Counted from the whole stretch's first letter, positions 37,266 through 50,077 are shown. The stretch: 62,972 bases of DNA, filler included, from Basidiobolus ranarum (GCA_040143965.1; 39 parts of 39 records of this genome joined end to end with filler, not necessarily neighbours in it); one strand, 5' to 3'. Made by a program: numbers and translations. Notes: a model not told the origin generated them from the letters alone.

Positions 37266-38680
37266 ATGGTATTCATACATGTTAATATATTGATCATCAA
37301 ATTTGGCATGTATTATTCAATATCTGGCAATTTTTGCAAAAATATAATTTTCCAATGGCAAATTACTGGGTTTAATGCTAAAGGAATTCGAATTAATATG
37401 CATGCCTTTATTTAGATATTTTAGGCTTTGTATTCCAGCCATCATGAGAATCAAAAAATACAAGAATCTTATTGTGTTTAGTCTCTACATATGCACATAC
37501 TTGACTGATTAGACATAACTCAACAACATCAATATGCTTTACCAACAAACTAATGGCGGAAAAATTGCTAAACATCTGAAATTTTGAACAGCACTGACAC
37601 TTGGCAAGTAGCTGACTCTTGTTAACATTCATAATGAGACTAAGCTCCTGGAGTTTGGCAAATTTCCACAAAAGATTCAGCCAATATATCCCCAACTTGC
37701 AGTCAACAAATGTCCTACCACAAGTAGATGTGTCATTGCTTGAATAGATTACCCCATGGCCAAAACAATAATACCATGTATCTTGATCTATCTCACCAAG
37801 AAGTGTGTCTTGCAGCTTTCCAAAAAATACCATCAGATTATCACACAAGCAAATTAGTCTGATTATAGAGGTGCTTACTCTGTGTTCATGGATTTTGGCT
37901 TTGTTGCTGTTATTGTGCTCAAACAATGCCAAAACCCATGAGCACATCAAAAATAGCCCTTTGTTGGCAGGTAAATATACTCTGGAGTCTCCTTAACCCA
38001 TTGCATTACATCCATCACTGATTTAGCTGATACATTGTTAATCAGATTACATTTTGGTAATACTAACAATTTCACATTGTGCATCATTTCACCACAGGTA
38101 TGCTCCATTGGGAACTCCCAGAATTTATAGCAAGAGCCTATAATCTCTAAGCATTGTGTAAGATGCAGCAGGGAATGTATTGAATACCAACATAGATTCA
38201 GTTTATCTTCTTTGAACCTGTAATAAAGTTCTTCATATCCAATTACAAAATCTTTGCACAATTGCTTTATCTGCCTGAGATCTGCCAATGTGAGTTGATG
38301 CCATAAGAATATATTAACAATATTGACAAACAACTCTCAATGTTGCTAATACTTCTCAGGAAGAAATCTTGTCAAAATTCCACTTGAATATATACAAATC
38401 CAATACTTCCAGTCTTTACATTGAATAAATGCTTAGATGAGTGGATATTGATGGGAGTCCTGGTAAAATATGATGGTATCTTGATGTTTTCAAGTATTTT
38501 CCCAATTGATTCAAACTTTGATCCTATCTTGAATGGCTGATTCATATTGAATTCTCCACTACATAGCTGAGTAAGCAGTATCAGAATGTTGTTGAATAGT
38601 AAGTGCATAGTGCCTAATGGGAAGCTCTGGCTCCAGCTGATCCCCTGTAGCAATATAATCTTAGGCTTACAGAGATACCT
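37266..38680 (-). mobile_element. CACTA transposase C-terminal half (DUF4218-like)
   Basis: DFVIGYEELYYR...SIHSLLHL...IGSCYKFWEFPME; downstream ORF 37408-37950 is conserved to the same stop in four copies. Confidence 0.92.
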
Positions 38681-38964
38681 TGCAGAAAATAACTTGGAGC
38701 TCTCTATTTCCAAAACAATCCCAATTGGTTGCACTATTTCCTTGTACAATACTCAGCTTCTTCATATGAACAATGCAACANNNNNNNNNNNNNNNNNNNN
38801 NNNNNNNNNNNNNNNNNNNNNNNNTTAATTAATTAANNNNNNNNNNNNNNNNNNNNNNNNNNNNNNNNNNNNNNNNNNNNCTCACATATTAATTTATTGA
38901 TTAGAAACTTGACATTGATAGTTTTGTCAGGATAGGAGCTAGAATATGTATATAACATATTAAG

Positions 38965-39303
38965 TGTTAAAGTGTTTGGAAGGCTGTTGGAAGTGGCTTG
39001 GAGAATTAAAGAAATTGGTGGTTTTCACTTATTGATTTATTGAGTTGAAAGCTGACATTTACAGTTTTGCTACATTATAGCAAACTCACTTGTATAATGC
39101 ATTGAGGAAAGTCCCAGGAACATGTGTGCAGAGTTTGGGGTTTCTGGCATAAATTTGAAAAATCTCTATATCTGAGAACTACTAAGTTGGTGTTAGTATT
39201 CTAAGTAAATCCCTTTTGAGGTGATATCTTAGCTCAATATGAAATAACTAAATACTAAGCTATCCATGACTATACAGGTGCTTACCCAATGCTAATTTCA
39301 ATA
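38965..39303 (-). mobile_element. Copia family A LTR
   Basis: Full-length reverse match to 12347-12694; no TSD visible. Confidence 0.85.
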
Positions 39304-39761
39304 ATAATTAGTATTGCAAAGAATCCAACTGCAAGACTTAAAAGTACTGGTTACTGGTTTTCCTCAGTTAGCTTCGCCATACAGGATTTAGTAGTAGTAA
39401 CATTACTCTCAAGCTTTAATACCAGTGCATGTTTTTGTTTCTGCTACAATTTGATTTGATGATCAGATCACATTTATTCATTAACTAATAGATGCACTCT
39501 TGGATCTAGTAGAAGCAAACAAATTTTCACTTGGAGTATCCAAATAGGCCATTAAGTAGAATTTCTATGGGATTACAGCTTCATCTTAATCAATATAACT
39601 TAACTGATGATATATATCTGGAGCACAGATATGTTTGCTGAGCTTTGTGTACGCTCCAATACAAAAATTAAACAAGCCAAGGTTAGTTTTCTGCGTGTGT
39701 ATTGCATTGAAAGTGTTTGGAATGATGAGGAAAGATCACATATTTGTACTTGTTGAATGAA

Positions 39762-39846
39762 TAAGCAACATTCAACAATATAATTATGTTCCTCGAATTC
39801 TAAGCAACATTCAACAATATAATTATGTTCCTCGAATTCTAAGCAA
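39762..39846. repeat. 39-bp perfect tandem duplication
   Basis: TAAGCAACATTCAACAATATAATTATGTTCCTCGAATTC occurs twice in tandem. Confidence 0.9.
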
Positions 39847-40495
39847 GTTATGAAAGAGTTACCCATCCTTCAACTTTGTCACAGGCTGACAATCATCAAT
39901 GATTAAATTGGAATTTCACTTTTATATAAGGCAATACTGAATTCATTGCGGTTGCTGATTTGCCTGATCCAATAAGAGGTCTATTAGCGATTATTCCGGT
40001 AAGTATTCTATGGGCCTATTAATTCGTTTGTAACTTGACTAGTTAGTTACGTTTTAATCCACACACTCGTTTAGATGAATCTCTTATAATGTGACAGCTT
40101 GCGTTTAGCCAGAAATTCTCCTAATTCCTTAACGACCACACGGGACACATGAAAGCCACGCTATGCTGATCATCGCATACTATTTTCGGTTATTGTATCA
40201 CAAAACTGATAATCAAATACTCAATCCAGTTTGACTTCATCGCGAATGAATATACTGTTAGAAAAATAGTAGCTCTAAAGAATATGCATAGATAAATAGT
40301 AGCTCTAAAGAATGTGTATAGATAAATTAAGTCGACAGATGTGGGAGTAATGAACCCTTTGTGTGTAGATGGTGCAAATAGACTAACATTACCTGNNNNN
40401 NNNNNNNNNNNNNNNNNNNNNNNNNNNNNNNNNNNNNNNTTAATTAATTAANNNNNNNNNNNNNNNNNNNNNNNNNNNNNNNNNNNNNNNNNNNN

Positions 40496-40836
40496 TATAC
40501 TTGCAAAAACCCAGGATAAGCCACATGAAATAATTCAAGAACCTTCAGAGTAATGCCTGGTTTTTAGTTTTTCCACAATTGACTCAAATCCAGGTGATTT
40601 CAGGCAAGAATCCACACAGTTTCCAAAATGTTAAACCACTCATCATCAGAGCAAGTGATGGCAGCTCTGACATTCAGAGTCTTTTGATTTGCTGGTTTTC
40701 CTATGAGATTTCTACTTTTCTGTGCTCAAGCAATTTTGGGTTGTTGTGTAGGCTTAATGGTCTGACACATATTCTGCTCTGCTAGATTGTCATGGTGACA
40801 TTCATGTGTATGGTGTGGGATTGATTGAAATCCTGT
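40496..40836 (-). repeat. Unclassified repeat with a protein-like frame (second copy at 59368-59639)
   Basis: Reverse homologue of LNIRAAIPCSDDGWFKNLETVWNLA...YPG. Confidence 0.7.
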
Positions 40837-42010
40837 ATCCAATACTGAAGTACTCACTGTAAAGCTAATGGTATTACCAATATGCGTGATGGATATCACT
40901 ACCAGAATCTGAAAAGTCAAGATTTCTTTGAGAACATGTATGATCATGCATTTGCATTGGCTCTGGATGGTTTCTCACTGAACAAATCTAGCATTGGAAA
41001 GGCTTGCTGACCAATAATTTTAATCAACTTAACTCTTCCTCCTTCTGAATGGTGTAACAGTCATAATATTTTGATACTATCCATCATATCTGGATCTAAA
41101 TCACCAGTTCTTATAGATAGCTTCATGGAGCCTTTGATTGCAGAATTTGAATGGCTATTTAATGGGGTTCAGATGAGTGAATATTTTATTAAAGCTAATA
41201 TCATTGTATGTATTGGTGACACTTCTGCTATCAGTAAACTTGGAGGTTTTTGAGGGCTCAATGCACTATATTGCTGTAGATTTTGTCCAATCAATGCAGT
41301 TTACTCCATCAGGCATATGCATTATTACTATCCAAATTCAACACTAAACTCCATGATTTCACCATCTAGAGCCCAGTCAGATTTCAAAAAGATAACTGAT
41401 ATCAATTAATCAGATAGTCAGTCTAGCATCACACTTGGTATTAGCCATAAGCATAAGATTATATTGCTAAAGGGGATCAGCAGGATCCAGAGCTTCCCAT
41501 TAGGCTTTATGCATTAACTATTCAGCAATATTCCACTACTACTTACTCAGCTATATAGAGGAAAATTCAATATGACTGAGCCATTTGAGATAGGATCAAA
41601 GTTTTAATTGATTGGGAAAAAGCTTGAAAGCATCAAGATACCATCATATTCTACCTGGACTCCCAACAATAACCACTCATCTAGGCATTTATTCAAATGC
41701 AAAGACTGGAAGTATTGGATTTGAATATATTCAAGTGGAATTTTGAAAAGATATCTGCCTGATAAGTATTGGCAACATTGGGAGTTGTTTGTCAATAATG
41801 TAATATATTCTTACAGCATCAACTCACATTGACAGATCTCAGGCAGATACAGCATCAGTGCAAAGATTTGGTAATTGGATATGAAAAACTTTATTACAGG
41901 TTTAAAGAAGATAGACTGAATCTATGCCATTATTCAATACATTCCCTGCTGCATCTTTCACAGTGCTTAGAGATTATAGGCCCTTGCTATACATTCTGCA
42001 AGTTCCCAAT
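40837..42010 (+). mobile_element. CACTA transposase pseudogene
   Basis: Collinear with 28024-29082 and 38110-38680. Confidence 0.92.
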
Positions 42011-42110
42011 NNNNNNNNNNNNNNNNNNNNNNNNNNNNNNNNNNNNNNNNNNNNTTAATTAATTAANNNNNNNNNNNNNNNNNNNNNNNNNNNNNNNNNN
42101 NNNNNNNNNN

Positions 42111-43185
42111 ATTTGGTAAGGAGATTTTGGGTTCAGGAGTTGGATTTGCAGTATAGTTGGGTGGAGCTGGATTCTGTACTTGAGCAATAGAAGTACAAAG
42201 TTCTTGATTTTCTTGCTGAAGTTGAGTAAGAGCTTGTGCAATATCTTCCATTGTGGGGGCTGGTGTAGACATAATACCTACTATGTTGTGAGGGGGAAGT
42301 TTTAAAACTACAGGTTTCACTTGGATTGATAATCACACTGCAATGTCCAACTTTCTGTTGTAGAAATGATTGGCACCTTGATGAAAGAATATGCTGGTAT
42401 CAATGTCCTTTGATCTTGATCAAGTACTAAAGCTTCTTTGATCAGAAACAACTGTAAACACAACCAGTAGTGTCTTGACAAGGATGCACTTAGAGCAATT
42501 ACCCATAGGTGGAAGGCACCTTTGCCTTAGCAGGGTAGCTTGGGAAAGATGGGGAATAAGAGGGAAGCCAACCTTGGGGGGCTTCAAGGTTGGAGAACAG
42601 GGATGGAGAGAAGTCTACAGGCAAGTATAAGTGGTCTGATCAAACTGTCACAGTAAGGAACTGGACAAGGACTGAAAACAATGACAAGAGGCTAGAAGGC
42701 AGGAGAGTACTTGGGTGTAGACCACAAGACAAGACAAGACAAGACAAGACTGGATAAGGTAGATACTTTGGCACGAATCTTTATTGATTACTGGCATTGA
42801 TCAGACTGAGGTCTTATCAAGGAATACATGGGGCTTATATAGATATTGTAAGGTGAAACATAATATACTGAATAGGGAATATACTGTGGCAAGTTCAAGA
42901 GTTGGGGTGTTGGGGACTACAAGAACCAATACAAAGAGGGATGATGTAAGGATGATCAGGTGACCTTCCATGGAAGGTCTTGGCATAAATACACTATGTG
43001 TGAGATGACATGATTGGCTAGGTATCATGGAATGTTCCAAAAAACATGACTTCCATCAAAGGTAATCTGGATAAACTAACACAAGGTTGCCAAGAAGGGA
43101 TAGCACAGCAGATATGATGTCATATTCTAATAATAGAAGAGTTCTATATTCAGTGGATCAGCATGACAAGATCAGAATCATGACA
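42111..43185 (-). mobile_element. Gypsy complete 5' LTR (43185-42646, 540 bp), PBS (42634-42643), leader and gag start
   Basis: TGTCATG...TGTGACA termini; TATA, AATAAA; gag MSTPAPTMEDI as in 29285-30355. Confidence 0.95.
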
Positions 43186-43421
43186 AAATATGGCTAAAAA
43201 TATGTCATTTGAAAGCCCTGAGTTCCCTTATCAATCTATGGTAGGTAGTTTGATCTATACTATGGCTGGAACCCAGCCAGATATCTCTTTTGCAGTGGGA
43301 GTAGTCAGCCAATATGTGCAAAACCCAGGATCTGAGCATTATGTTGCAGTCAAGTGGATTTTCAGATATTTGAAGGGGACAATTGATATGGGATTAGGAT
43401 ACACATATTCTTATGAGAATA
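43186..43421 (+). mobile_element. Copia RT/RH linker fragment trapped between gypsy and CACTA insertions
   Basis: PYQSMVGSLIY...TQPDISFAV...KWIFRYLKGT. Confidence 0.9.
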
Positions 43422-43624
43422 CCCTAACAGAAATTTGAGGATTGTTATCGTAGGAAAACCGTCACAATTTTAATCCATTTGGGATTGACCTTTTACTTAC
43501 CGTCATAAAATAGTCAAGTTAGATTTGATTTTAATCAATTTTTTCAGTTTCAGGAGTGAAATTTCAAGATCTCACAAAATAGTTGCAAATGATTGGCTAA
43601 AATCTCAGAGAACTATGGATCAAC
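43422..43624 (+). mobile_element. CACTA left end
   Basis: CCCTAACAGAAATTTGAGG; retains CpG-containing ACCGTCA subterminal motifs. Confidence 0.9.
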
Positions 43625-43724
43625 NNNNNNNNNNNNNNNNNNNNNNNNNNNNNNNNNNNNNNNNNNNNTTAATTAATTAANNNNNNNNNNNNNNNNNNNN
43701 NNNNNNNNNNNNNNNNNNNNNNNN

Positions 43725-44449
43725 CATATCAGAAGTATTCTTGACACATTTCCAGTCAGAATTAACAGGCCCAAAAGCAACCAAAAGCTATTCTATTCTG
43801 GCAAGTACAAAGCCCACTGTGTAAAGTTCCAGGCTCTGCCAGATTTGGAAGGAAATATCATTTTGTTTAGTGGGCCACATCCAGGGAGACACCATGACAA
43901 AAGGCTTTTGGTTGAGAGGCATGCACCATTTGTAAGATATGAGAAGACTATAGCTGATTTGGCACATGTTGGGGAAGAATGCAGAAGGCTAGGATGTGTC
44001 ACTGCTAACAAGAGGCCCAGAGGAGGGATATTCACAGAGAGGCAAAAGCTTTATAATGACATTTTTTCCAACTTTAGAGCAAGAGTACAACATAGCTTTG
44101 GTTTCCTAAAGAGATATAGCAATGTAACAGGAAAGTATATAGGAAAATCATTTTGTGGGCCTCAATCAAGGTTAGGCAAAGTAGTCCAAATCTTGATTAA
44201 TTCTCAATACATTCATACTCAAAGATATCCATTGAGAGCTCTATAATTAAGACACTATGAATTAAGCTTTCATCATCTTTTGAATGTGCAATAATTACTC
44301 AAAGTACTTTTCTTAAATATACCACATAAGTAAAATAAACTGTTTCCAAAATGGTCAATAACATTGTGCCGGATAGTGCCCAATCATGCCAACTTGTGCT
44401 GGCACACTTTTTAGCTGGCCTGATCTGGCTCAATAAAATGGAACAAGTC
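43725..44449 (+). mobile_element. DDE_Tnp_4 (IS5/ISL2/PIF-Harbinger-type) transposase C-terminal half and right TIR
   Basis: LDTFPVRINRPK..QKLFYSGKYKAHCVKFQ, GPHPGRHHD, IADLAHVG, QKLYNDIFSNFRARVQHSFGFLKRY; TIR ATGGAACAAGTC then TAA. Confidence 0.92.
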
Positions 44450-45238
44450 TAATGTATTCCATGTGTCTCTCATAGAGCCACATGCCAGAAACACCTTCCA
44501 GAGCCAATCCATTGACCCACCCTAAGCAATCCAAGTTGAACAGAACCCTGAATATGTAGTTAGCAAAATTCCAGATTCTTGAATTTATCAACATAAATTG
44601 AAATATTTAGTGGAGTGGAAGGGATACCCAAAAATTGCTCAATGATGAGAGCTAGCAAGAAAGCATTCCAATTCTAAGGAACTTTGCCAGGAGTTTTATG
44701 AAGTGCGTCCAGAAAAACCTGGCCCTATGATGTCTGGAAGTCATCACCAAAGGAGGGGATACTGTCATGATTCTGATCTTGGCATACTCAGCCACTGCAA
44801 GTAGAGCTCTTCTAATATTAGATAATAACATCATACTTATTGTGCCATCCTTTCTTGGCAATCTTGTGTTAGTTCATCCAGGTTACCTTACATAGAAATC
44901 ATGTTCTTTGCAACGTTCCATGAAACTCAACCAATCATTTCATCCAACACATAGTGTATTTCTGCCCAGACCTTCCATAGAAAGTCACCTGATCATCCTT
45001 ACATCATCCCTCCTTGTATTGAGCCTTGTAGTCCCCAAAACCCTGACACTTGAACTTGCCACAGTATATTCCCTATTCAGTATATTTTGTTTCACCATGC
45101 AATATCTATATAAGCCCCATGTATTCTTTGATTAGACCTCAGTCTGATCAATGCCAGTTATCAATAAAGATTCTTGCCAAAGTATCTTCCTTGCCCAGTC
45201 TTGTCTTGCCTTGTCTTGTCTTGTGGTCTACACCCAAG
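44450..45238 (+). mobile_element. Gypsy chromodomain region, PPT and 3' LTR (from 44763)
   Basis: NVFHVSL.EP, YLVEWKGYP; AAAGGAGGGGA-TAC-TGTCATG. Confidence 0.93.
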
Positions 45239-45338
45239 NNNNNNNNNNNNNNNNNNNNNNNNNNNNNNNNNNNNNNNNNNNNTTAATTAATTAANNNNNN
45301 NNNNNNNNNNNNNNNNNNNNNNNNNNNNNNNNNNNNNN

Positions 45339-45826
45339 TTGACATTCAGTCTGGTGTTGACCATGCAGATATCTGGGAAGAACTTAATACAGAGTGGCAC
45401 AATATTACAGGGTATCCGCCAGATAGCTGGAAGAATGTTGATTCAGCAACATTAATACATTGGTGGGCTTTGATGGAGATATTGACACAAACTCATGTTG
45501 GGTATAAAGCACTCTATAGAAATATTCAGGGGAATATATCAAAGAGACTAGGGATTTCAAAGGTGACAAATTAGTATTGAAGTGGTAATTGCATAAAATT
45601 TGAGTTACATTTGTTGCACATGTGTTGATCCATAGTTCTCTGAGATTTTAGCCAATCATTCGCATCTATTTTGTGAGATCTTGAAATTTCACTCCTGAAA
45701 CTGAAAAAATTGATTAAAATCAAATCTAACTTGACAATTTTATGATGGTAGGTAAATGGTCAATCCCAATTGAATTAAAATTGTGAGGGTTTTCCTATGA
45801 TAACAATCCTCAAATTTCTGTTAGGG
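45339..45826 (-). mobile_element. CACTA left end inserted in gypsy gag
   Basis: ...TTTCTGTTAGGG then TTCTCTCCTTCATC (gag, cf. 29630-29645). Confidence 0.9.
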
Positions 45827-46520
45827 TTCTCTCCTTCATCATCTACTTTCAGACCCCCCTTCAATCAAACACAAAATACAACTCAAGCTGATGACCAATG
45901 CAAATTGATGGAACTTGCGTCAGAAAGCTTAGACCTGAGGAGAGATATTGATGCTCACATGAGAATCTTTGCCTCTATTTTGGAGCTCCTGGAGATGTAG
46001 AAAGAACCTGTACAAAGAAGAATCTTGGATTTAAGATCAACAATATGTAAGTACAAGAGAACTCTTCCCAACCCTTGTAAAACTTCAATGCCCAGCTGCA
46101 ATAATGGGCATGCAGTTGGGCAACCCATCTTCAAAAATTTATCTTCACCATACATTGCAATCTCTGCAGTCATATAAATCATTAAAGCTGCCCATTACAC
46201 TCCTGCTACAAAATTCCAAGTCAATAAAAACAACTGCTCTTCTTGATTCAGGTGCTTCCTCCTGTTTTATTGACTCTGCTTTGTAAAATCCCACTCTATC
46301 CCAACAATCAAGAAATCTTGTCCAGTCCTCTTAGAAGTACTTGATGGAAGGCTGCTATCATCAGGTGCTGTAACAAAGGAGAAAACCTTTATTACACTGA
46401 TGTCCACTGCTCATCAAGAAGCAATAGCCTTTTAATATCTTTTCTTCACCTCACCACCCAGTCATCCTTGGTTTTCATGGCTCATGAAGCACAACCCAGT
46501 AATCAATTGTAAAAAGAAGT
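45827..46520 (+). mobile_element. Gypsy gag end, frameshift region and protease
   Basis: ALLDSGASSCFIDS; homologous to 29183-29645. Confidence 0.9.
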
Positions 46521-46619
46521 TTATGATGTTGTAGTTGCTTTAGGGTGTAAGCAGCAACTATAACTGCAATATCCTAAGGGTTTTGTGAGGTGTTTAAAAG
46601 GTGCAATAACCAAGGTTGA

Positions 46620-46851
46620 ACAGCTCTGAGATATACTGTAATTTGGGTCTGTCTCTTGCCTCTTGGGTCTTTGTGAAAGGGAATCAAGCCTCTAGAAATG
46701 TCTAAGGACTGATAAATGACAATACAATGTCCAACTTTCTGTTCAATAATATGCTGGCACCTGACAAAAGAATATACTGGCTTCAGCGTCCTTTGAGAAT
46801 GATCAGATAAAAAGGGTATATCCAATCAAAAACAACTGTAAACTCCGCCAG
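46620..46851 (-). mobile_element. Leader region of a second gypsy-like family
   Basis: Matches 53545-53745 and is more distantly similar to the leader 30360-30530. Confidence 0.6.
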
Positions 46852-46953
46852 NNNNNNNNNNNNNNNNNNNNNNNNNNNNNNNNNNNNNNNNNNNNTTAAT
46901 TAATTAANNNNNNNNNNNNNNNNNNNNNNNNNNNNNNNNNNNNNNNNNNNNTT

Positions 46954-47004
46954 GGGGGGTGTCGGCTTGGTGGTCGCAGACGCCGCTTTGGGCGCAGATA
47001 TTGA
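46954..47004 (+). CDS. 3' end of a small Cys/Arg-rich protein (GGCRLGGRRRRFGRRY*)
   Basis: Paralogous copy 355 bp downstream differs mostly at synonymous sites in this frame; conserved AATAAA in both 3' regions. Confidence 0.5.
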   Translation, partial: GGCRLGGRRRRFGRRY

Positions 47005-47237
47005 TATGGTTTCCTGCTGCATCATAGCAACTATGTATTCTACTCTATACAATAATAATAAAGTTTCATATTACCATGCGATAGGTCCATTGATTGTATT
47101 TGTGAGACTGAATAAATAGACTAGCACTTGACGTGACCTTGACTTAGAGTCCATAATTTTTCCCATTCATCTTGTCGCATCTATAGCTAGTACTCATACT
47201 ATTGAATTCACTCTACACTTATTAAATCTTTTTATAG

Positions 47238-47490
47238 GGTGCTCTTTAGAGTCTTAACAAACTCCCAACGAGGAAGAGTTCAAAGCTTCGGACTCGAGTT
47301 GTAAAAGCTGCGGTTGCAGGCATTGCGGTCGTAGACGTCGTTACGATCATAGATATCGATATGGTTTTCTTCTGCATTATAGAAATTATACATTTTACTC
47401 TATTCAAGGTTTAGTATAGTGAGTTATCACCTTCCAACAAGTTCATTATTAGCATTTATGAGACTGAATAAATAAAATAGCACTTAATGT
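47238..47490 (+). pseudogene. Tandem duplicate of that Cys/Arg-rich exon plus 3' UTR
   Basis: SCKSCGCRHCGRRRRYDHRYR; terminal TGA replaced by CGA; upstream in-frame TAA after a TTTTTATAG acceptor-like site. Confidence 0.45.
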
Positions 47491-47931
47491 GACTCGGGGC
47501 TGACTTACTGAGATCTGCTTTCACACATTACATATAGCATAAGAGTTTATACCGTTAATAATATATATTCAAGTGGGTACAATAGGTGGTCAGAGTAATT
47601 ACAACAAAGAATGGAATATTTTCCCATTTTCCTATTCTCATCTAATCCTAGTGCTTGTATAATAAGCTAAATCTAACTACTCAAATAGTCCCCCGATTTA
47701 GACTTTCCTTGCACTTTCACCAATGCATTAATGTGATAGTGCTCTAATTTTGATTTATTATAACGAACTGATTATATGGTGCTCTTTAGTCTCTCCATAT
47801 ACTTTCACTGATACGTTAATATGGCAATGTTCTGAGTATGATTCATGGAAACAACTTTAATATAGGATCCCCTTTAAGTCTATATATATACACACTTCTA
47901 TGTCCATGAACAACCAGTATATTGTACAAAC

Positions 47932-48464
47932 ATGCATCTCAACTTCAGTTTACTCTTATCCTCTGCATTACTCGCTAGGGTATCTGTTGGGGTTCCTCTG
48001 GAAGCGCTCTCCTCTAACAATAATAATGCAGCACTGCCAAGCACCAGCCAGTTGGAAGACGGCAATCAAGTTCAATCCCCAACTATGCGGCAGTCGACAT
48101 ATCCTGGTAATCAATCAAGTCAGTCACCACTACTCAGCCAAGTGTTTAATACCGCAACAAGAAATCATAACAATTTAAATGACGCAAGTGTCAATAGCCA
48201 CGGAAACTCTAACGTGAAATATCAGTCAGGCCCGAGCTTGGAGGCTGAAGGTAACGAAATAAATTCTGACCAAGGTGAACTTAAAGGCCTTCGGTTCAAT
48301 GAGGGGACCGGAATTGATTCCGGAATGGCTCAAGTGGCGCATAATTCTGAGGATGATGCAACTAAAAATCGAGTACCGTTCTCAGAAAGTATAGGATCAG
48401 AAGGCAGCGCGCCACTACAACAGTTGATTAATAATTTGGGTCAGGCTTCACCTCAATCAGTCTT
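47932..48464 (+). CDS. Putative secreted low-complexity (S/N/Q/G-rich) protein, 3'-truncated
   Basis: MHLNFSLLLSSALLARVSVG-VP signal-peptide-like start; TATATATATA at 47881; normal CpG content. Confidence 0.75.
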
Positions 48465-48564
48465 NNNNNNNNNNNNNNNNNNNNNNNNNNNNNNNNNNNN
48501 NNNNNNNNTTAATTAATTAANNNNNNNNNNNNNNNNNNNNNNNNNNNNNNNNNNNNNNNNNNNN

Positions 48565-49679
48565 CAAACCTCTTGTTTATGTCAGTTTTGAGTGTCTAAA
48601 ATCAATTTTTTTAATTAGAAAATGTTGAGAGGCTGCTGAATCAATGTACCACAGCCTACAGTCTTGTTTGGAGGTCACTGATAGGGCAGAAATGACTAAA
48701 CTTCTTCTTTGGTTGAAACCTGATTTGCTTGTCCTGACTTCTCATTTTCATTGTAATTTCCTGATTTGAAATCTTTTAACTGGTGTCCTGGTTTGTTACA
48801 ACCATAGAATAAGCCTGGTTCCCTTCTTCTATAATCTTTGTACTTGCTAAAGCAATGTTTTCCAGCTCCAAGGAGAGCCACTTGCTCATATTCTTTTTCT
48901 AAATTATTACTTCTGAGATGCTGATCTATTAGTCTGCCATCACAAACTCCATAGAAAACTTATCAGATCTTACATCCAAAGCTGTGGCCAAGCTTGAATA
49001 CTGTTCTAGTAGACTACTTAGAAGAGTCATATTAACATCTTCTTCCTGTAAAGTTGCACTAATATTTTCCAGTTGTTTTGCCAAAGATCTCATATTTGCA
49101 ATATCAGTAACCATGCTCTCCGACTTTTCCATTATTAAATTGAAGAATTTCTCTCTGCGAAAGCATTTATTATCAAGACTCTTTGCTTCATAGCACTCTT
49201 CCAATATAGATCAAGCTTGATGGGAAGTCTTTGCATATTGAACATTTACAAGTTGTAAATCCGTCAAACTTTGACAAATTACATTAAAGGACTTCTTGTC
49301 TCCTTTCTTTAAAGCTTTCAATAAAGAAGGGTCAAAAGGTTCCTTTTCATCTCCAGAGACTACATGCTAAAGCTCCCTGTCTTCCAGCATAATTTGCATC
49401 TTGAACTTCAAGAAATTGCAATTTGCTCCATCAAGCCTTGAAGCACTAGAGTTAATAAAAGTGGTAGTAGTAGTTTCTCTCATGATGTAATGTTTAGAGC
49501 ATTGTGCTCATAACCTATTGGGAAAATATGGGCTGTTTGGAGGAACTTTAGAAAATTGGAGTTGTAAATAGCTATTGTGAGATGATTACTGATTTTCCAT
49601 AAATAAAGCATATATATATTTTGGCAGAAATACATAAAATTAACACTGGGGTTGTGTTCAGAACATCTCTATATAAAGA
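48565..49679 (-). mobile_element. Copia (further family) LTR end, PBS (49504-49515), gag and protease start
   Basis: GGTTATGAGCAC; RLDGANCNFLKFKMQIML; GCNKPGH; WYIDSAASQHF. Confidence 0.88.
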
Positions 49680-49682
49680 TAA

Positions 49683-50077
49683 GACTTGTTCCATTTTATT
49701 GAGCCATATCAGGCCAGCTAAAAAGTGTGCCAGCACAAATTGGCATGATTGGGCACTATCCAGCATGATGTTATTTACCGTTTTGGAAACAGTTTAGTTT
49801 ACTCATCTGGTATATTTAAGAAAAGTACTTTTAGACATTATTCCACATTCAAAAGATGATGAAAGCTTTATTCATAGTGTCTTAAGTCTCAAGCTCTCAA
49901 TGGATATCTTTGAGTATGGATGTATTGAGAATTAATCAAGATTTTACTACTTTGCCTAACTTTGAATGAGGCCCACAAAATGATTTTCCTCTATACTTTC
50001 CTGCTACAATGCTATATCTCTTTAGGAAACCAAAGCTATGTTCTACTCTTGCTCTAAAATGGGAAAAAATGTCATTA
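49683..50077 (-). mobile_element. Harbinger/IS5-like right end inserted at TAA in a copia LTR
   Basis: TAA then GACTTGTTCCATTTTATTGAGCC; reverse homologue of 44055-44449. Confidence 0.9.

Noticed and set aside
38965-39303. Solo LTR formed by recombination
   Set aside because: The flanking 5-mers (TTAAG and ATAAT) do not form a target-site duplication.
42724-42750. (GACAA)n/(GTCTT)n microsatellite as an independent feature
   Set aside because: It is a variable-length tract within the gypsy LTR, present in every copy that covers it.
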